Below are positions 12,789 to 25,700 of a stretch of DNA of 64,000 nt, in pieces. The position numbers and the translations under genes are program-made. Below the pieces are notes generated by a model. The model was not told the origin of the DNA. It ran no database searches and saw only the letters and a list, made by a program, of their open reading frames with translations. The DNA comes from Eledone cirrhosa. Taxonomy: Eukaryota. Each line of letters starts with the position of its first letter. Positions within the stretch are counted from its first letter, which is position 1. The stretch spans positions 104,656,001 through 104,720,000 of the forward strand of contig OZ024740.1 of NCBI GenBank assembly GCA_964016885.1. The letters run 5' to 3'.

Positions 12789-15348
12789 CATATAGAAGGC
12801 TTGTTGGCTGATAAGAGGCGTGCTCTGTCACGCTACTTGACGGCAAAACCACAGGAGAGGAATACGTTGCATGAGGAACTCAGGGATGTAAAATCACGTG
12901 TTAGGCGGAGTCTTTCTCAGATGAGGGATCAGTGGTGGAGTGAGAAGGCTGGTGAGATACAAACTGCGTCAGATTCCAATAACACAAAGCTGTTGTACAG
13001 TCTCTTGCGTGAGGTTTATGGACCGTCTTCTTCTCTGGTGACACCGTTTCGCAGCAAGGATGGCAAAGAACTTCTTCGTGACTCATAAGGAATTCTACGA
13101 AGGTGGCGAGAGCACTTTGATGATCTTTTGAATCAGCCGTCTGTCGTCAGTGAAGATTTCCTCAATCTCATTTCAGAAAGTCCTGTGAAAGTAGCTCTCG
13201 CAGAAACTCCGACGCTTGTGGAGGTTGCAGTGGCTATTTTGAAGCTGAACAGTGGAAGATCTCCAGGTATGGATGGCATACATGCTGAGCTCCTACAATA
13301 TGGTGGTGAGAGACTCCTGCAACATCTTCACTCTTTGTTTGGCAGGATATGGGCTAATGAATCCGTACCTGAGGACTGGAAAGATGCAGTAATGGTGGTC
13401 TTGTACAATGGAAAGGGTAACAGGAATGATTGTGGGAACTACAGAGGTATATCATTGCTTTCTGTCGTAGGGAAAGTTTTATGTAGGGTGCTTCTGGACC
13501 GTCTGCTGACACACATTGCAGATTGTGTTCTTCCTGAAAGTCAATCTGGTTTTCGTGCTGGACGCGGCACTACTGATATGATCTTCTCAGCTAGACAGCT
13601 CCAGGAGAAGTGCATGGAACAAGGCTTGGATCTGTATCAGGTTTTTGTCGATCTGACAAAAGCTTTCGATACTGTTAACAGAGATGCATTATGGAAGGTT
13701 CTCCAGAAACTGGGTTGCCCTGATAAGTTCCTTGCTTTAGTTAGGTCTTTCCATGACGACATGAAGGCTTGGGTTAATGTCGGAGCCTATCTCAGTAAAA
13801 AATGGAGTGAAACAGGGAGATATTCCAGCACCGACCCTGTTTGCCATATACTTTGCAATGGTTTTCCTGTATTGCATTCAGGAATTGCGAGCGTGGTGTT
13901 TACATCCGATATCGAACCTCAGGCAGCATATTTAACATCAGGCGCTTTGCTGCGAAGACAAAAGTATTTACATCAATCATAAGAGACCTCTTGTATGCAA
14001 ATGATTGCGATCTTGTAGCGCACACAGAGAGTGATATGCAGCACATTTTGAATGCATTTTCTGACGCTTGCACTGACCTAGGATTGACTGTCAGTCTCAA
14101 GAAAACCGTCGTCATGTACCAACCTGCCCCTGGTAAACAGTACACTGAACCAAACATCTATGTGTATGGCAAACGTCTTGGAGTGGTTGATCAGTTTGTC
14201 TACCTGGGAAGCACTGTCAATCGATACAGCAACCTTGACAGTGAAATCTCACTTAGGATTAGGAAAGCAAGTGATGCTTTCGGAAAGCTAGAAAGGCGAC
14301 TCTGGGGTCGACGAGACATATGCAGGAGGACAAAAGTAAAGGTGTACAGGGCATGTGTGCTCTCGTGTCTTCTTTATGCCTGCGAGACCTGGGTCACATA
14401 TCGACACCACCTTAAGCAATTGGAGCGTTTCCATCAGATGTGTCTCAGACGGATCCATGGCGTTCACTGGAGGGACCACATCAGTGATGTCGAGATTTTG
14501 GAAAGCTCTAAGTGTGACAGTATAGAAGCTCCGTTGGAGTGGTCACCTTGCCAGGATGAAGGATTCTAGAATACCAAAACAACTCTTTTATGGAGAGTTG
14601 GTTAAAGGAAAACAACCGCCACATAAACCAAAAAAGAGGTATAAGGATTCCTTGAAAGCCTCTCTGAAAGACGCTAACATCTCTGCTGATACATGGGAAA
14701 ATATTGCTGCTGATCGTAATAAATGGAGAAAGACTGTATATGAGGGAAAAGTTGCCTTTGAGGCATCTCGAATCGCATACGAGAAAGTAAAGCGGGATGT
14801 GAGGAAGGGCATTGCTGTTGCACTTCCAGACGGCGAGGGTCCTCCTATGGTGCTGACATGCAGCGTCTGTGCGAGACTCTGCCTAAGCAAAGCTGGACTC
14901 GAAAGTCATCTTCGCAGTCATAAAGTAAGACCAGTGGTTGACTACCAGGCTGCTGTTGGAGATGCTACTCATCATGCTTGCCAAAACATGTGGTAGAGAA
15001 TGTAAATCAGCAGGAGGGCTCAAGCGACATGCAAAAGTACACGAACACCAACCACAGCCGACTATTCCCAGTGAATATTTTGGTTGCCGACTCTGTGCAA
15101 GACATTTTAGATCATTGGCTGGGCTAAAAAGCCACATTCGATCGCAGCGCTGTTAGTTGCTATCGTGTGTGTGTGTGTGTGTGTATAGATATGTTTATGT
15201 GTGTGCGTCTATGTGTATATATATATGTATATGTATATCATTATTGTTGTTGCCGTTATTATTATTGTTGTTGTTATTATTATTATTATTGTTATTAATG
15301 TATGTGTGTGTGTATATATGTGTGTGTGTATATGTGTATGTATGTGTG

Positions 15349-15415
<67 letters not shown>

Positions 15416-15593
15416 ATATATATATATATATTTCTTTTTTTTAATTTTTATTTTCTTTTTTATTTATTTATTATTTTTTTTTTCTCCTCGTGCAATAGCC
15501 ATACTCGATAACGAGGGGACAGCCATCATGTATGTATGTATGTATGTATGTATGTATGTATGTATGTATGTATGTATGTATGTATGTATGTAT
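12789..15593 (+). mobile_element. 5'-truncated RTE LINE with three C2H2 fingers (copy 1; pseudogenised) plus (TATG)n tail
   Basis: Near-identical to 24300-27060. Lesions: stop at 13086, frameshift at ~13781, YADD changed to YAND, ~20-bp deletion at 14530. Confidence 0.95.
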
Positions 15594-18500
15594 GTTATCT
15601 CTTTCTTAATTTCGAGTATATTTTTTTGACCGGCCACCTTCCTGGTGGCAAGGTTGTAAAAGAAAAGAAATTGTCATCCCGTGAATCGCAAGAACGTTTT
15701 GCAAATTTTGAAGGTGCCAGCTATCGCAGCCATTTGTAGACTATGGATTAGGGAGCTGCGCTTTTTGTCCGCAAATCCAAGTTCAGTCATACTTTGGTCC
15801 AAGCGGGTTGGTATATAACCCGTAGCTCCATTAATGATGGGTATGAAGCTAAAGGTGTATCTTGGATACTGGATTTGTAAACTCCTCATCAATGGTCTGT
15901 AGATGTCCTCCTTCTCCTGTATTTTTCTGACAACGTTTCCACAAGTGGGCAGCTGATCTTCACAACAGAACACGTTTTCAATGTGTGGTCCCAAACAACA
16001 ATATCAGGCCGGTTGTGCTTTAATTTGGTGGCAGTTTTTATTTTCAGGTTCCACCAGTATTCCTTAGTGCCATCTGTCTCAATATATTCTTCCTCGTTTG
16101 TTGTTAATTTTGTTTTCCGAAGTGCGTTCCAGATGGTTCTAGCTATCCCATCGTGTCCCATTCTTTCGCAGCTGGCAACAATGTGGCTTACATCCTCGAT
16201 CTTTGTTTTACATAGCCTACATTTATTGTCAGCTGCTGGCCTTCTTCTTTTGTGCAGCAGATATTTGGTAGGGAGTTCTTGTTCCTGTATTGCATAGAGA
16301 TATCCCTCAAGGTGTGATGTCATAAACTTGTCGGAACTCCATGCCAGGCTTTTTGAGTGGTTTATCCCCTCTATGGTCTGTGTTTTACATCTCAAGTATC
16401 CATGCACAACTTTTTCTGTAAATTGGTCAATTTTTTTATCTTGTTTGAACATTGAATAGGATCTTCCGATTTCTCTGGGTGAGAGATTTATATCAGGCTT
16501 TATTCCATATCTCTCCTCCAGATCAGTCGCTATTCTAATGATATTTTTTTTTTTCATGCTCATAAACCTGGGCAAGATAGTTGCCAACCTTTTTCCTCTG
16601 TTGAAGGTGTTGCTTCAGTGCTACTATCCGGGTCTCATATGTTGTTAATATTGATTTTAGACCCCGGCCACCTTCCTTGCGTGAGAAGTATAGCCTATCC
16701 ACATCACCATTGATGTTAAAGTTCCCAGTAACACTGAGAAGTTTGCGAGTTCTAACATCCATCTCACTTAGTTCTTGCAATGACCAGTTCAGCAGGCCAA
16801 ATGTTGGCGTTAGAATTGGCACAGCATAAGTATTGTGGGCAATGTATTTGTTGTACGCTGACAGTTCTGATGACCATATTTTCTTTACTCTTCTGAGGTA
16901 TTCAGTTGTGGTTCTCTCCTTATTTATGGGTCCATCATATCTGACATTCTCATCCTGTCCAAGATATCTGTAGTTGTCACCTGACTGTAGAGGTTGTATT
17001 GTCAGGCCATTCATCTCTAGATTTCTAGAGGAGGGCACAGCTCTTCCACGTTTTACTGCCAAATATGCACACTTGGACTCACCAAATTTCATTTTGATGT
17101 CGGTTGAAAATTGTGTAATGAGGTCCAATTGTTTCTTGATGTCATTAATATTTGGCCCATACAACTTCAGGTCATCAACAAAGAAAAGATGGGAGATACT
17201 TCTGGACCCACTTCTTTGTCCACCTTGTTTCCTGAGTAGGTAAGATAGTGGATTCTGGTAATGTATCTTATCAGTCTTAACTTGCTCCTTCTCACCTCTA
17301 AGGATCAAATTGGTGTACCAGTTCTTGGTCAGGCGTTCAACAGCAGCTACCAATGGTTGTGGGACTTTGGCTAACTGTAAAGCCTTAATAATCCACCCAT
17401 GAGGTACACTATCAAATGCTTTTTGATAGTCCAGCCACACCACAGTCATGTTTCTGCGATTCTTTGTTGTTTTTTCCTGAATCATTTTGTTAGTTAGTAG
17501 GTGATCTATGCAACCCCACACCTCCCTCTTTCCACCAGCTTGCTCATGTGTTATGATGTTGTTGGTAGCACAGTGATCCTGTAAGAACAGGTTAAGGCAC
17601 CCACTATATAATTTATACATTATGTTTTGGCAGGCTATTGGGCGGTAATTTTTAGCAAGGGTGGTTTGGCTATTTTGGGGAATGAGGGGAGTAGTGGCAG
17701 TTGATAACCATCTGGGCAGTTCTTGTGTGCTTTTAATGGTTTCTGTAAACAGCCGTATGAGATCTGGCTGATAGAAAGTGAAATTCTTCAACCAATATCC
17801 TGTAATGAGGTCTGGACCTGGCGATTTCCTATTCAACATTTTCTGTAGAGCTGTTTCCAGTATTGACCCATCTATGTCATATTGTTTTGTCTGGACATGT
17901 TGGCAGTAGTCCTGTTCCAGTTCTTTTAGCCAATTAGTTTGTCTGTTGAATCTGTCATCCGTTTCCCATACAGATCTCCAGTAGCTCTCAACCTGTTCTT
18001 TTGAAGGGGTGTCATTTACAGGGATTGAGCTTTTACCGCCGAAGCTGCGATAAACTGATTTAGGATCTCTGGCAAACAATCTATTTAGCACTTGTCGTTT
18101 ATGCGCTGTTGACTTATATTTTAGTCTTTCTGTTGTAGCTGTGAGTTGTTGTTTCAACTGGTGTAATTTGGAGTGCAAAGTTTTAAATTTTGTATCTCCA
18201 AATCGTCTCTCTAACTTTTTTTTTAGGTCTTCCTGGTGTCGTGTGAAGTTGCTCTCTATGTTGCATTTCATAACGACTGCGATGTGTGAGATACTTCGTC
18301 TCAGGGACAACATTTTGCTTTTTAAATTTCGCATCCACGCTGGTTCAGGCTTTCTGTTTGTATCTTGATTGCGTGGTTTTAGATGTGTGTTATATGATAG
18401 CAATGTGACAGCTGAAACACATAACAAAATATTAAGCGTTTCAAATGTCGTTTCTACACCTTTAGATCGTATAGCCTTCAGATAATTGCCAGCTATTTCG

Positions 18501-19005
18501 TTCACCGCTTCCAATTCCAATTTAGTGGGTTCTTTACTGATTCTGGTGTTGTATGGTCTGTCACTCACATTAAGGCTGTGTATCTCTTGAAACATATCGT
18601 CCCATATCACTTGTAAGGTGTCCACAAGTTTTTGGTGTTCTGTTTGTTCAGTAGAGTCATGAATTTCAGCCTCGTTGTTGATGTGGTGACAATTACTACT
18701 AGAGTTAGCTGACCTTTCTCGCTGTTCTTCAGTGGAAGTGGGATGGATTTCAGCAAAATTGTTGGTGAGCTGTTCACTGTTAGATTTAGCTGGCCATTAT
18801 CTTTGTCTGTCAGTGGAGGTTGGGTGGTTGTCTACAAGGGCTGTATTTGTAGTATCACTCAATTCCGTTAGATGTATCAATTTACATCTAATGATACGTT
18901 TTGCCTGTTCATTTAAATGCTTTGGAGAAAAGTCTAATTCTGGGTGTTTGGAGTTCCATAAAGTTTTTAGCCTTTGCATAAAATCAAACTTTTGGGGTTC
19001 AGATT
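15594..19005 (-). mobile_element. R4/Dong-clade RLE retrotransposon (subfamily a), near full ORF with frameshifts
   Basis: RT motifs NYRPIAC, WLDYQKAFDSVPH, HLFFVDDLKL, YRYLG; CCHC knuckle CRLC...H...C; RLE KHNRPDIVVWD. The N-terminal FMQRLKTLW...LNEQAKRI motif resembles R4. Flanked by (CATA)n on both sides. Confidence 0.9.
16535..18625 (-). pseudogene. reverse transcriptase ORF segment of the R4/Dong element (continues out of frame in 15889-16587 and 15674-15994)
   Basis: 696-aa ORF with RT motifs; the QGD motif region is deleted (KIHYQ joined to NPLS). Confidence 0.85.
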
Positions 19006-19040
19006 GTATGTATGTATGTATGTATGTATGTATGTATGTA

Positions 19041-19660
19041 TGTCTCATGGTCGGGTCGTTGGCGACTAAACTGGCAACCCCACCAAGGTTTCTTGGTGAG
19101 GAGGGTGACTTTGGACATCCTGCAGGACTAAAAACAAAACCTGTCAAAGGGCAAAGGAGCTCTTAAGAGTCAATGGCCATCCAAAATCACCGGGAGAGAT
19201 GACCCCTTAGCCTTTGTCAAGGCAGAATTCTAGGAGAAGGAAAACTCTGATATAACACCTGCAACCCTGATGGTATCCAATGATGTTGACTTGTTCTTCT
19301 TTTTGGTAAATAGCATCTTGGTTAAGAGAGTGGGACTGGCTTTGTGCAGTGCCTTTGCTCACTATAAAAGCTTCACGGCACAGGCATTGCTTTATATCTG
19401 GAGATCTCTCTGCACTTGTCCTCACATGGGCCCAGCACTATGTGTCAATGATTGTCCTACCATGGGCCTAGCACTATGTGTCAATGATTGTCACAGGTGT
19501 AGTGTTTGTACCAGAGGTTTCAAGTCGCTGGCTGGACTAAAAAGTCACACTCGTTCAGCGCTTCGGTAGGGGTTATCCTACATGGATGTAAAGTAGTGGC
19601 CGTACTCGAAAACGAGTTGGCAGCCACCATGTATGTATGTATGTATGTATGTATGTATTA
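19041..19660 (+). mobile_element. bipartite non-autonomous RTE derivative, copy 1 (slightly 5'-truncated)
   Basis: The 5' part aligns to the RTE 5'UTR at 22800-23015. The 3' part encodes CSVCTRGFKSLAGLKSHTRS and ends CTCGAAAACGAG...GCAGCCACC(ATGT)n, like the LINE. Confidence 0.85.
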
Positions 19661-19661
19661 T

Positions 19662-20288
19662 GTCAGGTCACCAGTTGGTGCTACTGGTAACATGTATCCC
19701 AGTACAACCTGTCTCATGGTCGGGTCGTTGGCGACTAAACTGGCAACCCCACCAAGGTTTCTTGGTGAGGAGGGTGACTTTGGACATCCTGCAGGACTAA
19801 AAACAAAACCTGTCAAAGGGCAAAGGAGCTCTTAAGAGTCAATGGCCATCCAAAATCACCGGGAGAGATGACCCCTTAGCCTTTGTTAAGGCAGAATTCT
19901 AGGAGAAGGAAAACTCTGATATAACACCTGCAACCCTGATGGTATCCAATGATGTTGACTTGTTCTTCTTTTTGGTAAATATCATCTTGGTTAAGAGAGT
20001 GGGACTGGCTTTGTGCAGTGCCTTTGCTCACTATAAAAGCTTCACGGCACAGGCATTGCTTTATATCTGGAGATCTCTCTGCACTTGTCCTCACATGGTA
20101 CCATGGGCCCAGCACTATGTGTCAATAATTGTCACAAGTGTAGTGTTTGTACCAGAGTTTTCAAGTCGCTGGCTGGACTAAAAAGTCACACTCGTTTAGC
20201 GCTTCGGTAGGGGTTCTCCTACATGGATATAAAGTAGTGGCTGTACTCGAAAACGAGTTGGCAGCCACCATGTATGTATGTATGTATG
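19662..20288 (+). mobile_element. bipartite non-autonomous RTE derivative, copy 2 (apparently full length, ~610 bp)
   Basis: Starts GTCAGGTCAC, the same start as the 5'UTR at 42838 (-); same 3' end and tail as copy 1. Confidence 0.85.
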
Positions 20289-20966
20289 TCAGAGTTTTCC
20301 TTCTCCTAGAATTCTGCCTTGACAAAGGCTAAGGGGTCATCTCTCCCGGTAATTTTGGATGGCCATTGACTCTCAAGAGCTCCTTTGCCCTTTGACAGGT
20401 TTTGTTTTTAGTCTTGCATGATGTCCAAAGTCACCCTCCTCACCAAGAAACCTTGGTCGGGTTGCCAGTTTAGTCACCAACGACCCGACCATGGGACAGG
20501 TTGTACTGGGGTACATGTTACCAGTAACACCAACTGGTGACCTGACATAACACCTGCAACCGTGATGGTATCCAATGATGTTGACTTGTTCTTCTTTTTG
20601 GTAAATATCATCTTGGTTAAGAGAGTGGGACTGGCTTTGTGTAGTGCCTTTGCTCACTATAAAAGCTTCATGGCACAGGCATTGCTTTATATCTGGAGAT
20701 CTCTCTGCACTTGTCCTCACATGGTACCATGGGCCCAGCACTATGTGTCAATAATTGTCACAAGTGTAGTGTTTGTACCAGAGTTTTCAAGTCGCTGGCT
20801 GGATTAAAAAGTCACACTCATTCAGCGCATCGGTAGGGGTTCTCCTACATGGATATAATGTAGTGGCCGTACTCGAAAACGAGTTGGCAGCCACCATGTA
20901 TGTATGTATGTATGTATGTATGTATGTATGTATGTATGTATGTATGTATGTATGTATGTATGTATG
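20289..20966 (+). mobile_element. bipartite non-autonomous RTE derivative, copy 3, with inverted 5' ~258 bp
   Basis: 20289-20546 is the reverse complement of 19662-19919; the rest is forward. Confidence 0.85.
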
Positions 20967-21327
20967 TCTCTTTCTCTTAATTTCGAGTATATTGTTTTGA
21001 CCGGCCACCTTCCTGGTGGCAAGGTTGTAAAAGAAAAGAAATTGTCATCCCTTGAATCGCAAGAATGTTTTGCAAATTTTGAAGGTGCCAGCTATCGCAG
21101 CCATTTGTAGACTATGAATTAGGGATACTGCGCTTTTTGTCCGCAAATCCAAGTTCAGTCATACTTTGGTCCAAGCGGGTTGGTATATAACCCATAGCTC
21201 CAATAATGATGGGTATGAAGCTAAAGGTGTATCTTGGATACTGGATTTGTAAACTCCTCATCAATGGTCTGTAGATGTCCCCCTTCTCCTGTATTTTTCT
21301 GACAACGTTTACATCAAGTGGGCAGCT
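20967..21327 (-). mobile_element. R4/Dong subfamily a, short 3' fragment in (CATA)n
   Basis: Matches 15597-15955; SCPLDVNVVRKIQEK...FIPIIIGA. An extra ~26-bp piece is repeated at 21381-21406. Confidence 0.9.
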
Positions 21328-21887
21328 ATGTATGTATGTATGTATGTATGTATGTATGTATGTATGTATGTATGTATGTATGACGTTTACATCAAGTGGG
21401 CAGCTACGTATGTATGTATGTATGTATGTATGTATGTATGTATGTATGTATGTATGTATGTATGTATGTATGTATGTATGTATGTATGTATGAGGGAGCT
21501 TATAGATAGGACAACACACGCTGTCTTTTCATGGGGTAAGTTTTTAATTAATTTTTGTATTCTGAAACATCAAAATACAACAATTTGTTGGTCACTGGAC
21601 TCGGGAATGTCACGACAGAAGTTTGTGGAAGTTACACAAATATTTTAGTATATTTTAGCAGAGCAATCCTTATTTATATTTTACATTTTACATTTACATA
21701 CATCTCAATATAACATGGCTAAAATTCAAATTTTGCAAAGAGAAGAAAACGGTCAAATGAACTAGATACATCGCACTGTACCCCGCCACCACAATAACTT
21801 CTACACTCTCTCCCCACCATCACATGTCATTACCCTATCTAGACTAAAGTCATCGACCTGTTGTCAAACTCTCTACTCTCTGTTGAA

Positions 21888-21968
<81 letters not shown>

Positions 21969-22116
21969 ATGTGTGTATATACATCACTCAGTCAAACAAC
22001 CAGATTTCAACCCCAACATCTACAACAACAACACCGGCACTAATGTTTACAGCAACAACAGCTTCAGAATGAACTGAAATGAACATTTACAACAACAGCA
22101 ACAGCGGCATCAAAAG

Positions 22117-22147
<31 letters not shown>

Positions 22148-22580
22148 TAACAAAACACACACACACACGCACACGCACACAACACAACATCAACTGCCAC
22201 CACCACCACTACCGCCGCCGCCATCACCATCACCAGCGACCGGGCCTTAAGAAAACAACTTTAATAATAATTTTTCTGCTTTTGGCACGGATCCAGCGAC
22301 TGGCCCAGCACCACACTGGTACTCTCTTTTGTTGACTCCGTGGGGATGAAAGGCAAGGTTGACCTCGGCGGGATTTAAGCTCAGAGCGTGGAGAGCCATA
22401 ACTCTATGCTGTAAAGCAATTATAATTGTTTCTACTTTCAGCACAAGGCCAGCAATTATCCAGTACATTACTGGTACTTTATTTTATTACTGGACTGTAG
22501 TACGATCGGCTTCAACTATACAAACTCTTGAAAGTCAACAGTTGACATAATCTTGTAATCTTGTATCAGTAATGACGGTA

Positions 22581-22624
<44 letters not shown>

Positions 22625-22739
22625 AAGTGAGTAGAGTAGCGTGTGTGTGTTTGTTTGTATGTATGAGTGTTGCTGTGTGCGCGTGTGTGTATGTCGTACG
22701 TATAAGTGTCAATAAGTGATTTTTTTTTGATTTTTTGCG

Positions 22740-25700
22740 CGCGGGGACATAGAAATAATCGGGCTGGATGCCCGATCGCGCAGTTAAACCCCTGGGAGTG
22801 AAGAACCCCTAGCCCTTGTCAGGGCATTCTTCTAGGAGAAGGCATCTCAGGAAACTGGGTTAACTCCGACATAAAACCTGCGGCTCAGTAGTTACCGATG
22901 ATGTTGATCTTTTCTTCTTTTCGGGTTATAGCTACTGTCGCTCAGAGAGTGGGATTGGCTCAGTGCACAGTCTTTCCTCACTTTAAAAATATTCGTCACG
23001 CACAGGCATTGCACGAGTGCATTAATAATTATTAATAGTGTACTATTATTATTATTATTTAAAAAAAAAAAAAAAAAAGTAGAAACAATTATTATTATTA
23101 TTATTATTACTATTATTATTACCTTTTTTTTTTTTTTTTTTTTTTTCAAGTTCAATGATGTTTCAGAACAATATAAAAGAGATAATTGTCAATTTAGGTT
23201 CTGGAACAAAAAAGATCATTGGCAATAAGGGCAGGGGCCCCAGGTTATCACAGCCTGGGCCCGCTCGTCATCGTGCCATTGTAATAGAGCCAAACAAGGC
23301 ATTTAGTCTTGGCTGCTGGAACGTACGGACGCTGCTTGACAGGGATTCCTTGGAGCGTCCTGAACGAAGGACTGCTCTTGTTGCAAAGGAGCTTCGACGT
23401 TACGATCTTGACATCGTGGCTTTATCTGAGACGAGGTTAGCTGGAGATGGTCATCTTACGGAATTTTGTGGAGAATATACATTCTTCTGGAAAGGAAGAG
23501 ATGAAGGAACCAGAAGAGAGGTTGGGGTGGGATTTGCTGTTAAGACTGTACTTGTGAACAAATTAGAAGAATTCCCAGTAGGGATTAGTGAGCGTCTTAT
23601 GTCCATGAGAGTTCCGCTGGACAAGGGAAGATATGCTACCCTGGTGAGTGTGTATGCTCCAACTATGAGTTCTGTCGATGAGGAAAAGGTATCCTTTTAC
23701 CATGCCTTGAAAGGTGTTTTAAGAAATATCCCTCAGGCAGACAAAGTCATCGCGCTTGGTGACTTTAATGCTAGAGTGGGTAGGGATTTTAACACATGGA
23801 ATGTAATCGGAAGGAATGGGGTGGGAAAGTGTAACAGCAATGGTATGCTCCTGCTGCAGATGTGTGAGGAGCTGGATCTGTGTGTTACCAACACCATGTT
23901 CCAACAAAAGAACAAATTCAAGACCACATGGCTGCATCCTGCATCTAAGGAATGGCATCTTTTGGACTACGTCCTAGTCAGGATGCGTGACAGACAGGAT
24001 GTGCGGTGTGTTCGTGTTCTTCGTGGAGCTGAGTGCTGGACGGACCACCGCCTGGTACGCGCAAAAGTGAAACTAATCACTAAACGTAAAATCCGGGCTC
24101 CTGGTGTTGCCCTGCCCAAAAGATTGAATGCTGCTCGTCTTAAGGATAAAAATGTGAAGAAGACATTGGAAGAAGAGATGCAGGCTGTAGATCTTGGTGA
24201 GGATTGGCCGACTCTTAAAAAGTCGGTTTATGATGTAGGCAGGCGTGTTCTGGGATTGGCGCAGAGGAAACATCAGGACTGGTTTAATGAGAATGATGTA
24301 CATATAGAAGACTTGTTGGCTGATAAGAGGCGTGCTCTGTCACGCTACTTGACGGCAAAACCACAGGAGAGGAATACGTTGCATGAGGAACTCAGGGATG
24401 TAAAATCACGTGTTAGGCGGAGTCTTTCTCAGATGAGGGATCAGTGGTGGAGTGAGAAGGCTGGTGAGATACAAACTGCGTCAGATTCCAATAACACAAA
24501 GCTGTTGTACAGTCTCTTGCGTGAGGTTTATGAACCGTCTTCTTCTCTGGTGACACCGCTTCGCAGCAAGGATGGCAAAGAACTTCTTCGTGACTCACAA
24601 GGAATTCTACGAAGGTGGCGAGAGCACTTTGATGATCTTTTGAATCAGCCGTCTGTCGTCAGTGGAAATTTCCTCAATCTCATTTCAGAAAGTCCTGTGA
24701 AAGTAGCTCTCGCAGAAACTCCGACGCTTGTGGAGGTTGCAGTGGCTATTTCGAAGCTGAACAGTGGAAGATCTCCAGGTATGGATGGCATACATGCTGA
24801 GCTCCTACAATATGGTGGTGAGAGACTCCTGCAACATCTTCACTCTTTGTTTGGCAGGATATGGGCTAATGAATCCGTACCTGAGGACTGGAAAGATGCA
24901 GTAATGGTGGTCTTGTACAATGGAAAGGGTAACAGGAATGATTGTGGGAACTACAGAGGTATATCATTGCTTTCTGTCGTAGGGAAAGTTTTATGTAGGG
25001 TGCTTCTGGACCGTCTGCTGACACACATTGCAGATTGTGTTCTTCCTGAAAGTCAATCTGGTTTTCGTGCTGGACGCGGCACTACTGATATGATCTTCTC
25101 AGCTAGACAGCTCCAGGAGAAGTGCATGGAACAAGGCTTGGATCTGTATCAGGTTTTTGTCGATCTGACAAAAGCTTTCGATACTGTTAACAGAGATGCA
25201 TTATGGAAGGTTCTCCAGAAACTGGGTTGCCCTGATAAGTTCCTTGCTTTAGTTAGGTCTTTCCATGACGACATGAAGGCTTGGGTTAATGTCGGAGCCT
25301 ATCTCAGTAAAAAATGGAGTGAAACAGGGGGATATTCCAGCACCGACCCTGTTTGCCATATACTTTGCAATGGTTTTCTGTATTGCATTCAGGAATTGCG
25401 AGCGTGGTGTTTACATTCGATATCGAACCTCAGGCAGTATATTTAACATCAGGCGCTTTGCTGCGAAGACAAAAGTATTTACATCAATCATAAGAGACCT
25501 CTTGTATGCAGATGATTGCGATCTTGTAGCGCACACAGAGAGTGATATGCAGCACATTTTGAATGCATTTTCTGACGCTTGCACTGCCCTAGGTCTGACT
25601 GTCAGTCTCAAGAAAACCGTCGTCATGTACCAACCTGCCCCTGGTAAGCAGTACACCGAACCAAACATTATGTGTATGGCAAACGACTTGGAGTGGTTGA

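Noticed and set aside
18710-18735. Minus-strand CTGAAGA-acagcga-GAAA-GGTC
   Set aside because: No stem II or stem I; it lies within R4 coding sequence.
19662-19750. HDV-like or twister fold for the RTE 5' leader
   Set aside because: P1- and P3-like pairings can be drawn, but there is no P2 partner and no twister L4 motif; kept only as an unclassified structure.
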